DNA of 64,000 bases, taken from contig NW_027191475.1 in NCBI RefSeq assembly GCF_011745625.1, forward strand, positions 248,001 to 312,000, in the 5' to 3' direction. Of the stretch, positions 39,354 to 53,488 are shown in pieces; the stretch's first letter is position 1; each line of letters begins with the position of its first letter. The translations under genes were made by a program, and so were the position numbers. This DNA is from Cladosporium halotolerans (lineage: Eukaryota). The notes below the pieces were generated by a model. That model was not told the DNA's origin, made no database searches, and saw nothing but the letters and a program-made list of their open reading frames with translations.

Positions 39354-42300
39354 CTAAGCAGCAGCCGTGATCAGCTCCGCGGGCGCCCCCAGCAAGGCGA
39401 ACGGCGGCCTCTTTACAATACCGCCCGTGACGGGCAGCTGCGAGCCGACGCCAGTGAGGTACGCATCCACATCGCGGGCGCACATGCGGCCCTCGTTGAT
39501 GCCCCAGACGATCAAGGACTGGCCGCGGCGGCAGTCGCCGGCGGCGAAGACGCCGTCGAGGTTGGTGGCGTACTTGCCGGGCGGGGTCTTGATGTTCTTG
39601 CGGGCGTCGCGCTCGATGGCGCCCTCCATGACGGCCTCCTCGGGCCCGAGGAAGCCCATGGACAGCAGGACGAGGTCGGCCGCGAAGGTCTCCTCGCTGC
39701 CCTCGACCTGCTTCATGTCCCAGCCGCCCGAGGCGGACTTGGTCCACTCGACGCGCACCGTCTTGATGCCCGTGACGTTGCCGGCGCCGTCGTCGAGGAA
39801 CTCCTTCGACATGATGCAGTACTCGCGCGGGTCCTTGCCCATGTGCGTCTTGACCTCGGTGTGGCCGTAGTCGACGCGGTAGATGCGCGGCCACTGCGGC
39901 CAGGGGTTGTCGCTGGCGCGCTGGGCGGGGGGCTGAGGGAGCAGCTCGAAGTTGACGACCTGCTTGGCGCCGTGGCGGACGGAGGTGCCGATGCAGTCGT
40001 TGCCGGTGTCACCGCCGCCGATGACGACGACGTTCTTGCCCTTGGCGGAGATGTAGGCCTCGTCGGCGAGCTGGGAGTCGAGCAGGGACTTGGTGTTCTT
40101 GTGCAGAAACTGCATGGCGAAGTGGATGCCGTCGAGGTTGCGGCCGGGGATGGGAAGGTCACGGGGCACGGTGGCACCGGTGGCGACGATGACGGAGTCG
40201 TACTCCTTCCTGAGGGAGGCAAGGGTGACATCGCCCTCGCCGACGAAGCAGCCGGTGACGTACTTGACGCCCTCGGCGGCCATGAAGTCGACACGGCGCT
40301 GGACGACGTTCTTGTCGAGCTTCATGTTGGGAATACCGTACATGAGCAGACCACCGATACGGTCGGCGCGCTCATAGACGGTCACCTCGTGGCCAGCCTT
40401 GTTGAGCTGGTCGGCAGCGGCGAGACCGGCGGGACCGGAACCAATGATGGCGACAGTCTTGCCGGAGCGCCACTTGGGCGGAGTAGGGACCATCCAGCCC
40501 ATCTCGAAGCCACGGTCGATGATGGCGCACTCGATGGACTTGATACCGACGGGGTCCTCGTTGATGCCGAGAACGCAAGCACCCTCGCAAGGAGCCGGGC
40601 AGACACGACCAGTGAACTCGGGGAAGTTGTTGGTCATGAGCAGACGGTTGAGAGCGTCCTGCCATTGGTTCTGTAGACGCGTTAGCATTGAAACGATGAT
40701 TGAAAGAACCCCCACCCGGCAAAGACGATCTCCGTGAAATGCACAGAAATCTAAGACGGGAGGGGCAGACAGCAGCACAAACTCACCTGGAAAACCAACT
40801 CGTTCCACTTGGGGATAATGTTCGAAATCGGACATCCCGTGTCAGACTGGCAGAACGGCACGCCGCAGTCCATGCACCTGGCGGACTGGTACTTGAGCTC
40901 GTCCTCGTTGAGGCGGGAAGAAAGCTCCGCCCAGTCGCGGGTCCTGGTCTTGGCGCCGCGGTACTTCTCCGCGCGGCGCTGGTACTTCATGAAGCCGCGG
41001 GTCTTGTCGAGGACGAGGGCGGAGCGCTTCTTCTCCGCCGCGCCGTCCTGGATGCTCTCCTCGATGTCGGCCAGGTCGGCCTTCTTCTCCTTGTGCTCGT
41101 GCGCGGCCTTCTTGGGCTCCTCGCGGACGGCGGTGCCGGGGAGGATGGGCAGCGGGTAGGCGGCCTTCTTGGCCTCAGCCTGCTTGCGGGCCTCCTCCTC
41201 GATGACGCGCTTGTAGTCGGTGGGCAGGACCTTGATGAAGCGGGGCAGGGCACGGTTGAAGTCGAGCAGGATGCGGGCGGCGAGCTCGGAGCCGGTGTAG
41301 TGGTGGTGGTCCTCGATGAGACCGCGGAGGAAGGCGACCTCGTGGGGCTCCTCGACGCGGCAGAGCTCGACCATCTCCTGGTTGACCTTGCCCTCGAAGT
41401 CCTGGTGGATGTCGAGGATGTAGGCGATACCACCAGACATACCGGCGGCGAAGTTGCGGCCAGTGCTGCCGAGACAGAGAATGCGGCCACCGGTCATGTA
41501 CTCGCAACCGTGGTCTCCCATACCCTCAACGACGGCGGTGACACCAGAGTTGCGGACAGCGAAACGCTCAGCGGCGACACCACGGAAGAAGCAAGAACCG
41601 CCAGTAGCGCCGTACAAGCACACGTTACCGACGATCATGTTCTCCTCAGCCTTGAAAACGGAAGAGCGGGGCGGGTAGATGATCAGACGACCACCGGACA
41701 GACCCTTTCCGACGTAGTCGTTGGCGTCACCCTCAAGCTCGAGAGTGATACCCGGAGCAAGGAAGGCACCGAAAGACTGACCAGCGGAGCCACGAATGTT
41801 GGCGTGGATGGTGTCTTGCGGGAGACCCTTCTCGCCGAACCTCTTGCTGACCTGGTAAGACAGGGTAGCGCCGAGAGCACGGTCAGTGTTGACGACGTCG
41901 CACTCAATGCGGCACGGCAGACCCTTCTCGAGGGCAAGCTCAGACTCGGAGATGAGCTTGTTGTCGAGGCGGACGTGGAGCTTGTGGTCCTGCTTGCGGA
42001 CGTTGTACGTAGCAACGCCGGAGCGGAGGGTGTGGGCGGGAGTGAGGATCAAAGACAGGTCGATGTTCTCGGTCTTAGCGTTCCTGAGATCCTCACGCAC
42101 CTTGAGCACCTCGGTGTGGCCAACCATCTCGTTGATAGTCCTGTATCCGAGCTTGGCCATGATCGCGCGCAACTCGTTGGCGACGTAGTAGAAGAAGTTG
42201 ATGACGTGTTCGGGAGTACCCTTGAACTTCTTGCGGAGCTCGGGATCCTGAGTTGCGATACCAACAGGGCACGTGTTCAGGTGACACTTGCGCATCATGA

Positions 42301-45300
42301 TGCAGCCCATTGCGATCAAAGGCGTGGTGGCGAAGCCCCACTCCTCGGCACCCAGCAGACAAGCAATAGCGATGTCCCTGCCGGTGCGGATTTGACCGTC
42401 GGTCTGGACGATGACGCGACCGCGCAGATCATTCAACACAAGCGTCTGGTGAGTCTCCGCGAGACCCAACTCCCAGGGGAGACCTGCGTACTTGATTCCA
42501 GTCCAGCGGGAAGCACCAGTGCCACCGTCATGGCCGGAGATGAGAATGTGGTCCGCGCGGGCCTTGGCGACACCGGACGCGACGATACCGACACCCGTCT
42601 CCGAGACGAGCTTGACCGAGACGCGCGAGCGGGGGTTAGAGCACTTCAAGTCGTAAATAAGCTGCTTGAGATCCTCGATGGAGTAGATGTCGTGGTGAGG
42701 AGGCGGGGAGATCAGACCGACACCAGGGGTGGAGTGGCGGGTCCTGCCAATCTCGGCGGAGACCTTGTGGCCGGGCAGCTCACCACCCTCACCGGGCTTC
42801 GCACCCTGGGCCATCTTGATCTGGAGCTCGTCGGCGTCGGCGAGGTAGGAAGAGGTGACACCGAAACGGCCAGAGGCGATCTGCTTGATGGCGGAACGCA
42901 TGGTGTCGCCGTTCTCCATGGGGTTGCTACGCTCGGGGTCCTCACCACCCTCGCCAGTGTTGGACTTGCCGCCAAGTCTGTTCATGGCGACGGCGAGGGT
43001 AGAGTGAGACTCCATGGAGATGGAACCGTAAGACATGGCACCGGTAACGAAGCGGCGCACGATCTCAGTCCAAGGCTCGACCTGGTCGATGGGGATCGGG
43101 TTGGTAGCCTCGAAGTCGAAGTCGAGAAGACCACGGAGCGTGCAGTTCTTGATGGACTCGTACTCAGACCTGGAGTAGGCCTCGTAGGACTTGTCGTTCT
43201 TGGTCCTGACGGCGTCCTGGATGTTGGCGATGGAGGTCGGGTCATTGACGTGGGGCTCACCACCATCACGCCAGTGGTACTCACCAGTCTCGGCGAGACC
43301 GGGAACCTCCCTGATGCCACGGCTGGGGAAACCCTTCTCGTGGAGGGCGAACGCATCCTGGGCGATCTGTTCGAATGTCATACCGCGAATACGAGTGGCA
43401 GTGCCGGTGAAGCAGCGGTCGACGACGCTGTCATCGATACCGAGAGCCTCGAAAATCTGAGCACCCTTGTAACTCTGGAGAGTGGAGATGCCCATCTTGC
43501 TCATGACCTTCAGGATACCGCCATCGACGGAGTGCTTGTAGTTGTCGATGAGCTGCTGCTTGGAGATCTTCTTGCGGATCAGACCCTCACGGTCGAGCTT
43601 CAGAATGCACTCGAAGGCGAGGTAAGGGCAGACAGCGTCAGCACCGTAGCCGACGAGCACGCACATGTGGTGGACCTCACGGGCCTCGGCGGTCTCGACC
43701 ACAAGGGCGGCCTGAGATCGCCACCTGTTACGGACCATGTGGTGGTGGACCATACCGGTACAGAGGAGCGAAGAAACAGCGACACGGTCGTAGCCAGTCT
43801 TGCGGTCAGACAGGATAAGGACCTTGTGGCCCTGCTCGATGGCCTCGGTGGCAGCCTCGTTGATGCGGTCGAGAGCGTCCATGTAGCCCTGAACGCCCTC
43901 GGACTTCGGGAAAGTGATGTCGATGACAGCGACGGTCCAGTCAGGGTGGACTTGGTTGACCTTGGTCAGAGCATTAAACTCCTCAGTCGAGAGGATAGGC
44001 GACGGCAGGTACAGCCTGTGGCACTGCTCCTTGTTCATCTCGAGCAGGTTGCCCTGCGGACCAACGTAAGTGCCAAGGGACATGACGACGGCCTCACGGA
44101 TGGGGTCGATAGGCGGGTTGGTGACCTGAGCGAAGAGCTGGCGGAAGTACTCAAAGAGCAGACGAGGCTGCTGAGCCAAGCAAGCCAGAGGGGCGTCGTT
44201 GCCCATAGATCCGAGGGCCTCCTTGGAGTCGGCAGCCATGGGAGCCAGAATGAGAGTGACCTGCTCAAGCGAGTATCCGAAAGCCTTCAGTCTCGGGTCC
44301 TCCTGAACCTTGTCGGCGGTGAGCTCACCGCCGAGGTCAACACCCTTGGAGGCGAGCTTCTCGAAAACAGCAGGCATGGTGATCAGCTGAGAGCTGAGCC
44401 ATGACCTGAAGTCCTGGCGGCTGGCGACCTGGTTCTTGAGCTCGCCGTCGTCGACGATGCGGCCGGCAACAGTGTCGACGAGAAGCATGCGTCCGGGCTG
44501 CAGGCGGCCCTTCTGGACGACGGTGTGAGGTTCGACGGGGATGGTGCCGACTTCGGAAGCGCAGATGATGCGGTCGTCGTCAGTGACGTAGTATCTGCAA
44601 GGCCTCAGACCGTTACGGTCGAGGTTGGCACCGCAGTAACGGCCGTCGGAGAAGGTGAAGAGCGCGGGGCCATCCCAAGGCTCCATCATGCAAGCAGCCC
44701 ACTCGTAGAAAGCCTGCCTGGCCGGTTCGACCGAGTCGTTGCCCTGCCATGCCTCGGGGACCATGAGCATGACAGCCTCGGGCAGAGAGAGCACGCCGTT
44801 GATGATGAGAAGCTCAAGGACGTTGTCGAAAGCAGCGGAGTCGGATCCACCGTCCTCGATGATGGGGTAGAGCATTTCCAGCTCATCGCCGAAGAGGCCG
44901 GACTTGAGCAGACCCTCTCGTGCCCGCATCCAGTTCTTGTTGCCTCGCAGGGTGTTGATCTCTCCGTTGTGTGCTGCCCATCGGAGTGGCTGGGCTCTGT
45001 CCCAGGAGGGGAATGTGTTTGTGGAGAAACGCGAGTGCACGAGAGCAAAGTGCGCCTCGTAGTCGACGTTCACCAGGTCATGGTAGTACTCGTACACCTG
45101 GACGGGAGAGAGCTGACCCTTGTAGATGATGTTCCTGTTGCTGAGCGAGCACAGGTAGAACCAGTTGTGCAGACCGATAACGTGGGTCGCGCGCTTGCGG
45201 AGCACGTAGAGCTGGCGCTCGAAGTAGCCCGCGTTGTACTCCTGGGCCCAAGTTTCCTTGGGCTCCTTGCCAGGGCCGTACACGTTCTTCAGCACAACGA

Positions 45301-45918
45301 AGGGCTGCAGAATGATGGGCTCGCGGGACTTGGCGGCAGGGCCAAGCAGAGTGGTGTCTTTCGGCACCTCTCGCCAGCCCAGCACTCGCAGGTCCAGCTG
45401 ATCCGCGATGTCCTCGAAGGTGTCCAGTGTGCTCTTCAGTGTCTCCTCCTCGGGCTTGAAGAAGACGTTTCCAACGGCGTACTCGCCAAGCGGCGGCAGC
45501 TTGTAGCCCTGCTCGCGCTCAAAGTTCTTCTGGAAGAACTTGTGCGGGATGGAGGTCATGACGCCAGCGCCATCACCGTCTCGTGCGTCAGATCCGACCG
45601 CACCGCGGTGGGTCATGTTGCAGAGCAAGCTCCGTGCTGCGGCAGGGTCAGTACGAGCGGCAGGATAGCGAGTGTTCGACGAGACATACCATCGGTGACA
45701 ATCTTGTGGCTGACGTTGCCCTTGATGTGGGCGGCAAAACCGACACCACAGGCATCCTTCTCAAGCTCCGGGTCGTAGAGACCCTGCTTGAGAGGGAGAG
45801 CACCGGCCCATGACTTGTTCTCAGGCGTGTTCTGGTACTCGTAAATGTTCGTAGGCTCTTCTTCGATCTCGTCGATCGTGCGCTCTTCTACATGTTCGGC
45901 GAACGAGACTCGACCCAT
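39354..45918 (-). CDS. GLT1: NADH-dependent glutamate synthase (GOGAT)
   Basis: [10 protein letters not shown]-terminal nucleophile motif, [43 protein letters not shown] and GSGPAG. Introns 45637-45689 and 40671-40786. Confidence 0.98.
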
Positions 45919-48110
45919 CCTATCGGCAAGAAGCCGAATCGTTCGTGTATCGGGAGATGGCAGAGGTTGTGGTGGTGGTGTCTGCGAACCGTAGGTCTCG
46001 CGGGGGTTGGGTTGGGTATCGTAGGATGAAGCAGCTAAGACGATGGGTTCTGGTCAGTCACACGCTCCGCTGATTGTTTGCTCGTGCCGGCGGTGTTTGT
46101 GGCGAGAAGCAGTGGGGCGGCGCGGGGAGCAATTGGCGATGCAGATTGAGACAGGGCGATTGAGACGAGGAGCTCGGATGGAGGACGCGCAAGGGCCGCA
46201 AAAAAGCTGGCTCTCGAACAGGGTGCCGAGGCGTCGATCGAGCGGCGAGCGTGCTTCTAGTTCCGCCAAGGCGAGAGGGTCTGAGCCGGTGCGAGAGGCG
46301 ATTGCCAGGCGTCCAGATGATGTCGTCGACTGAGAGCGGCGGTGGAGGTATGGCGGAAGCGATCAACGCGGCCACGGGAGCCTGTTTGCGTGCGTGCGTG
46401 CGTGGGCGAAAGGACGGCTGCCGGCGTCCTTATCGTGTCGATGGTGGGGGCGCTGCGGGCGCGGGCGAGGTCGGTGCACGTGGGCCGGACGGAGCAGAAG
46501 CAATTAAATGAATGATCGACTTACTGGACGCGGACACTGGGGGGGCGAGCGGTTGCTTTTTTGCGCGCGGTCACTGCAGCGAGGGTGGATGGAGGGCGAG
46601 AGGGCGGTGGTGTTCGCGCGGGCACGACGGCCCTTTTCTCTTCGCGGGTGGGGACTGGTGGTTAGCGTCGAGCGGCATCAATAATCCTCACCAGCACATT
46701 GGCCCGGGCCCAAGCTGTTTGGGCGAGTTGGACGCACGGGCAGACGGGGTCGCAGTCCCCGGGACCGTCCCCAGTCGTGCCATGCGCGAGTCGCTTGTCG
46801 AGCACGTTGTTTCAGTGGTGATTGCGACGTCAATTGCCTGGTGGCCTCGTGGGTTGGCGGGTTGGCGGGTTGGCTGTGGCGAGGGAGGGCCACTATGATC
46901 ACCACCACCACTACCACCAGCAGAGGGCGAACAATAATGTCGTCCGTCCCAAATGCATGCATGTATTTACATATGTCCTATTGTTATTATTACTACCGTG
47001 GCACGATCAATTGCTAGCTACTTCCATCGTGTGCAATATTCCTCCATGCATGCATGCATGCCACCCACCCAAGAACATCCACCTCTCCTCGCCTCCCGCC
47101 GACAACACACACACAAGCACGCACGCACTACCTATGCAGAATAATTTTCCAGCTCACCCTCCCGTCACTCCCAGCACCCACACGCGGAACCCTGCCCACC
47201 CTGCCTACCCTACCTTTCCCCAGCCTGTCCATCTGCCGCTAAGGCCGTTAGGCTCGCAGCTCCACTCTGCACCCGCAGGCGCTGGCGCAGTCGGCGATCT
47301 GGATGAAGACATCGCGCAGCCGCCCTGCCAGATCTGCCGAGCGCGCGCGCTGACTGCCCGCGCTCCCATTGGCTGCGGGCACGACTTGGCTTTTCCGTCG
47401 ACACATTTCGTGCAGTCAGCTCGCGCTCTGCCGCCCCGGCTGGCTGGCTGTGGCCTGCTGCTGCTGCTGCTATCGCCGCCTTATCGCCCGCTCGTGAGAG
47501 GTTGCGAGTGCTAGTGTCCATCGTCCCTGGCGCGCCCGCCCGCCCGCGCCTGTGGCGAGAGGCTTGTGTGAAGCTGCAGGAGATTATTACCATCGTTTGC
47601 TTTGCTTGCTTCCACTGCCTGCCAGCCTCGCCTGCCGGCGAATGCATGTGTCGCTCGAGCATGTCATGCCACGCCACGCCTTCTTCTTGCGCGCGAAGGC
47701 GAAGCGAGCCCGGGCGACCGTCTCCCTGGGTCCCCGTCCGGTCTCCCCGGCGAGTGCCCACTTGTCCGGCTCACACACGTGTGACATGCTCCGGTCGGTC
47801 GTCCGTCTACATGTGATTCCGCATATGTAAAGCTCCCTAGGCCTGCCACATTTCTTGCCTACACGCTGTTATTATTCCCACAACTTCCACGCAACGCACG
47901 GAGCTACCGTGGCGACTCCCTCGCACTCGGGAACAAACGGAACAGCCTCGATTCCGCTGAGCCTCTAAGGGCGAGGGTTCTGCCCTCCGCGCTCGCTCGC
48001 TCGCTCGTAGCCTGTGCCTAGGCAGGTGCGGTGCCCTTCGCCCCATCTCCTCAACACGAGCGAGAGCGCAGACGGGCAAGCGAGCAAGCGAGCCAGCGAG
48101 CGAGTGGGAC

Positions 48111-48160
48111 ACCTCACCTCACCTCACCTCACTTCTTCGCCCGCCGCCGCCGCCGCCGCC
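48111..48160. repeat. Adjacent microsatellites (ACCTC)4 and (GCC)~7
   Basis: acctcacctcacctcacctc followed by ccgccgccgccgccgccgcc. Confidence 0.85.
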
Positions 48161-49299
48161 GAGCGCGCATCATTTCGGCTGCCTGCAGCTTGCAGAAAGC
48201 CTCCCTGGCCTCGCCCTGAGCTGCTATATGAACGCGCGCGCCGATGTCGGCTCTCGAGGGGGCCATGCACCGCTCAGGCTTGGAAGCTTTAGGCTGTCGT
48301 GGCTGTTCTTGTCTGTCTATCGATCTGTCTGCTCCGTCCGTGTCTGTCTCTCTCGTCTGCGTGCGTGCGTGCTCCCGGGTCGCCGGGTGAGTCGAGCCGC
48401 GTTACCGCCGAGTTTCCATCGCGTCACGTGCGTGGGGTTCGGGGAATCTTTTTCCTAATGTTCTTCTTTCTCGTCGTTCGTCGGAGGACGCCGGTGGAGA
48501 GAGGGCTTTTGGGGTGGTCTTGGTCTAATCATGGATATCGATTACGTGGTTTCTAGCTACTGTTTTGAAATCGATTTGTGGCGGTGACTACTGGACTGAG
48601 GGCGCGGAAAAATTGGTCGTTTTCCGCCTGACCTTGATGGATCCGGGCGAGAGTGGTCGGTCCGACGAGTCGCAGGGTGGAGGATGGATTCGACGAATCT
48701 GCCATTGCTTGATGCCTTCTGATGAGTTGCGGCAGACGCCCTGCGATCCTCACGCCACATGAGCTATGCCTCAAACCTGCCCCTATGGTGGAAAACCATC
48801 CCCTCTGTTTCGCTTTCGATCTTTGTTCACGATGTCATCTGTCAGCACAAACTCAAATACACGCCATCCGCCCAATCAGCACCGAGGCGTAAGGACACGA
48901 GGCTCAACTTTCATCCTGACACGATATGCGTGCACACACGAAGTATCATAGACGGATCGCCTACGATCGCTCCAAGCTCTCTCAATCACGTGAGATTTTC
49001 GAAACGCAAGCTCGTCAGATTCATCCATTTTTGGTGGTATCTACCTCTGCCCAGTAGCCAGCCGGCATCCTCAGCATAAACTTTTCGCTTTTGTTTGTTT
49101 GTGTGTTTGTGTGTGTCTGGCATGTCATCTGCGTAACTCCGTAAAAAGCATGCATTTCCTTCATCAATGCCCTTCCCTGCCCTGTCCCGCCAGCCAGTCT
49201 GCTCCCAAGAAGCCAACCCAACGCCCCGGCTCAGCGCGCGCGAGATCAAATGCAGGAACCAACAGTCCTGCCGCTGGAGAGCAGAGCAGAGGCACAGCT

Positions 49300-49732
49300 T
49301 TACTCCTGCATCTTGTCGTCCTCGTCGACGAAGTCCTCGTCCTCGTCCTCGTCCTCGTCGTCCTCGTCCTCCTCGAGGTTCTTCGCCGCCTCCGCGAAGT
49401 CGATGTTGCGCCCCCGCGTGCGCCGGCCCATGATGTTCTCCTCGTCGATCTCCTCCATGTTGTCCTCGTCTGCTTCTTCGATTTGCTCCGCGCCGGTGTC
49501 CTGTGGTGCGCAGTCGTGTCAGCTCGAATTGCGCGCAGGGACAGTGTAAGTGTGAGTTTGAAGTTCGGGTTGATCTTACCTCACCGCTCTCGTCGTCGTC
49601 GTCCTCATCGTCGTCCATGGCGTCCTCGGCAGCCTTGCCCTTGCCCTTCTCGAGCTTCTCGGGCGCCTCGACGGGCGTGTCGGCCGCGGCCTGGTTGGCG
49701 GTCGCGCTGGGGTCCTGGACGGAGTTGCTCAT
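49300..49732 (-). CDS. CHZ1: Histone H2A.Z chaperone Chz1
   Basis: KGKGKA and an acidic tract; intron 49501-49579; CHZ motif DNMEEIDEENIMGRRTRGRNIDF; acidic tail. Confidence 0.9.
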
Positions 49733-49979
49733 GGTTGCGGGTTTCGCGTTTGCGTGTTCGTGGGGGATTAGGCGGGGTTGGTGGTGATAAAGCGGTGTGT
49801 GTGTGCGGTGTTGCGCTCCTTGTGACGTGAGGTTGAGTGAGCAGTTGAGCGATTGCTGGCTGCGGCTGTGTTTCGGTCCGAGCGTGCGATTGGCTTGTGA
49901 TTCTTCTCTCTGCGACGGTTGTGAGGTTGCGTTGCGTTGCGGTGGGAACTGGACTGGACTCGCGCTGCGCAGAGCTGCG

Positions 49980-50040
49980 CGCGAAACGCCCGCGAAGCTG
50001 GATTCGGAAGGTGGGTCCACTTTACGCGTGCGGGACGCGT
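49980..50040. promoter_or_regulatory. Cluster of MCB/SCB-like cell-cycle elements in the CHZ1-CTF4 bidirectional promoter
   Basis: ACGCGT at 50024-50029 and 50035-50040, CGCGAAA at 49980-49986, about 90-150 bp upstream of the CTF4 ATG. Confidence 0.65.
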
Positions 50041-50131
50041 GAACTTCGTACGGGTCGTGAACTGCAAGCAATTGTTGCGACATGCAGGCTGAGGGATTGC
50101 GGAAGGCGATTGTTTGACGAAGAATACCAAA

Positions 50132-52834
50132 ATGGCTGCTAGATTGCGAGGACGCCCGGCTCGTGAGTATTGAAGATTATTTGCACTTTGCGAGAGATAT
50201 TGACATTATTCCTAGATCCCCCTGGACCTACTTTCTTCAGCTACACGCCAAATGGCAGGAAACTCGTGACGGTCGGCGGCAATGGTGCTTTTCGCGTCTT
50301 CGAACATCTCTCGGCCGATGAGCCAGCTATCATCGATGTTTCGACCGAAGACCATCTTGCCGTTGCTGCCCGGAACGACTTCTTCGTGGTAGGCTCGGAA
50401 GACGGCTCGGTCACCAAGTATTCTCTCGCTACCAACTCTCTGGACGAAGTTTTGGTTCGCTGCTCCCTGCCAATCCGTGATGTTGATATCTCGCCTGATG
50501 GCCAGTGGTGCGCTGTGGCTAGCGAGTATGTCCCCTCTTATCGACGATGTAAGAGCCAACATTGACATCAAGGCAGTGAACTCGAAGTCAAAGTGGTCAA
50601 CACAAGCGACATGCAGAAGGTCATGTATCTTCGCGACCAGTTGCGGCCGGTGAAGAACGTCTCATTCGACCACAGCGGAGCTCTGCTTGCCGTGTCCTGC
50701 ACAGACGGTGTTGTCTATGTGTATTCGCTCAGCTCGGAGGAATCCCAACTAGTCAAACGAGTCGATGGCCTCATCAGCCTAATGGAGAGCGAGTCCGAGG
50801 CCAGTGCAAAGGTTGCCTGGCATCCTGATGGCAGGGCTTTCGGCGCGCCGAACGCTTTGAATGGTGGGTGGTGATTGGCATTGTTGTCGGGAAATTGTGC
50901 TAACAGCAGTAGATTTCCAGACTGTTGCTCGAAGTGACTGGCTGTCACAAAAGGGATTCAGTGGGCACAAATCGAAGATCACAGCTTCTTCTTGGTCTCC
51001 GAATGGCGCCCTTCTGGCCACCGCGTCTGCAGATAAGAGCCTTATTGTCTGGGAAACCAAAACACAGAAGATTCTGAAGCAGTCAGTATCGCACACTTTT
51101 TGATTCTCGTGTAAACACTAACATCCGAGTAGGTACGACGACGTACGCGATGTCATCCTCACAATGCAATGGCACCCTACCGACAATGTTTTGTCGTACA
51201 CGAACAACAACGGAGAGCTCTTCATGCGCGAGGATTTTGTCCCTGATGAGCACCGCGGTCTTCTCAAGATTGAGCTTCAACCATCGCCGCTGAACAAGGA
51301 TCCATTAGGAGAGATCTCTGGCAACGCAGGGCGTCCTGTAGCAGATGGCCCCAAAGGACGACCAAGGACGGAAGACGCCTATCTGGACGATCTGCTTGGC
51401 CCTGATGCGATGTCCGAAGATGAGGCAGGTTTTATCGAGGACGACGACGGCGCAGGCTACGCAGAGGCACCGAATCTCAATGGCAAGCGCTCAGCTCGCA
51501 CCATGGATGGGCCTCTACCCAAGCGTCCCGCAAGACACAATAGCAGTATTTGGCAACCGCAAGTGCATGTACCCTTCCAGCCTGGAAGTACCCCTTGGAA
51601 GGGTAACAGACGATACCTCTGCCTTAACTTGACTGGTTTCGTGTGGACGGTAGATCAAGAGACGCACAACACCGTCACAGTTGAATTCTACGACAGATAT
51701 CAGCACCGCGACTTCCACTTTACGGATCCTTACAAATACGATAAAGCCTGCTTGAACGACAAAGGAACGCTATTCGCTTGCGAATCATCGAGTCAACATC
51801 CCGCAATCTTGTACTACCGACCACACGAGACATGGACGGCGCGAACAGATTGGCGGACTCCCCTTCCCGCAGGCGAGGAAGTTACCTCTATGTCTCTTAG
51901 CGACTCTTGCATCGTCGCCACGACTACTGCCGGCTACGTCCGTATCTACAGCCTCTTCGGCGTGCCCTTGAAGATGTACCGCCAAAAGAGCACACCCGCC
52001 GTGACATGCGCCAGCTGGCGAGACTATGTCATGACAATCGGCAACGGCCCCATCGGCGGCGACGGCATCACACGGCTCCTTTACACCATCGAAAACGTCA
52101 AGCGCGGCGAGACCTGCCAAAGCGAAGACATCCTCGCCCTGCCCCCCGGCGCCGGCCTAAAGAGCGTCTTCTTCAGCGACAAAGGCGACCCCTGCATCTA
52201 CGACTCCGAAGGCGTCCTCCTCATCTGCCTGCACTGGCGCACGCCAGGGCAAGCAAGCTGGGTCCCCCTGCTCGACACCAAGACCCTCGAGCGCCTCGCA
52301 AGCGGCAAGAAAGACGAGACTTACTGGCCCGTCGCCGTCGCCAACGACAAATTCCACTGCATCATCCTCAAAGGCGGCGAGGAGTCGCCCTACTTCCCGC
52401 GGCCCCTGCTCTCGGACTTCGACTTCCGCATCCCCGTCGCCGACAATAGCGCCGCGGACGAGGACGAGGACGCCGACACAGTCCAGCAGAAGTCGCTCGA
52501 GGAGCAGTTCGTCCGCTCCGCGCTGCGGCACGGCCTCGTCGCGGACTTGGTCGAGCACACCAGCGCGACCTCCGCGCAGAAGGCCGAGGTCCCCGCGCTC
52601 GAGCGCGAGGTCGACAAGGTCTTGCTGCAGCTGCTCGCCAACGAGTGCAGGGAGGGCGAGGAGCGCGGCATGAAGGCGCTGGAGATCGCGACGCTGATGC
52701 GCGATCGCTCCGGGCAGATGCTGGCTGCTGCTGGCAAGATTGCCTCGAGGTTCCAGCGGGATATTTTGGGCGAGAAGATTACGCAGCTTGCGGAACGGAG
52801 GCTGGTTGGGCTCGTCGATGACGATGAGGTTTGA
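50132..52834 (+). CDS. CTF4: Replisome hub Ctf4/SepB/Mcl1 (WD40 + SepB domain)
   Basis: MAARLRGRPAH|PPGPT, N-terminal WD repeats across four short introns, PFQPGSTP..RRYLCLN, TVTVEFYD and YWPVAV..FPRP. Confidence 0.93.
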
Positions 52835-53488
52835 TGGGTTGGAGCAGGGATGTGTGCTGGTTTGTCTGGCTGCGGCATGGTGTAGCATGGATCTGCGCCA
52901 GGGACGGGGTTTGAATTTGGTCGGGTTTGCATATGTTTGGGTGTTCAGGCGCATCATCTCACGCGAAGGAAGAAGGCGGTCTGTAGTATAGCCGATTGCA
53001 TCATCTGCTTGTCTGAGTTTTCGCCTTGTACGACTGTTTGTCCTCCACCCTGAACTCGAGCAAACATTCACGACTCTGACCTTCAAGTGACACAGGCATC
53101 TTTCCAGAACCCGGTGGTTTTAGCTGTGCCTATTGGTCTCATCGCGTGACGTGAGTCGAAGTTCGAAAATGACGTTGGGTCATTGTCACCGGGTCTTGAG
53201 GGTGTCGCCTTGCTCGTCTTGGACGGTGCCCAAGCAGGCGGGCTGACTGCCGATGTACGACCTTAGGGAATATATTTGCCTGCTGCCCCCTTTCCTGCCT
53301 CTTGCCTTTAGCGGTATAATACCTCCATGCTGGGAAACCAGACGCAGGCCTCCGAAAGACAAAACTTCCCATCGTTACTCCGACGTCTGGACACCACACA
53401 TACACACGATGTTCGACTGACAGGTCGTACTGCCGTCCAACCCTTGGACGAGTGAACGCCTTGACAACGATATCTTCACCTCTTCGCG

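Noticed and set aside
40700..44404. 1234-aa ORF antisense to GLT1 (also 39843-40676 and 44525-45778)
   Set aside because: It is a codon-register mirror of a gene with strong C/G third-position bias, which removes antisense stops; no independent motifs are visible.
48986..50083. 365-aa minus-strand ORF
   Set aside because: It is an unspliced read-through of CHZ1 exon 1 with promoter, intron and UTR; the spliced CHZ1 model explains it.
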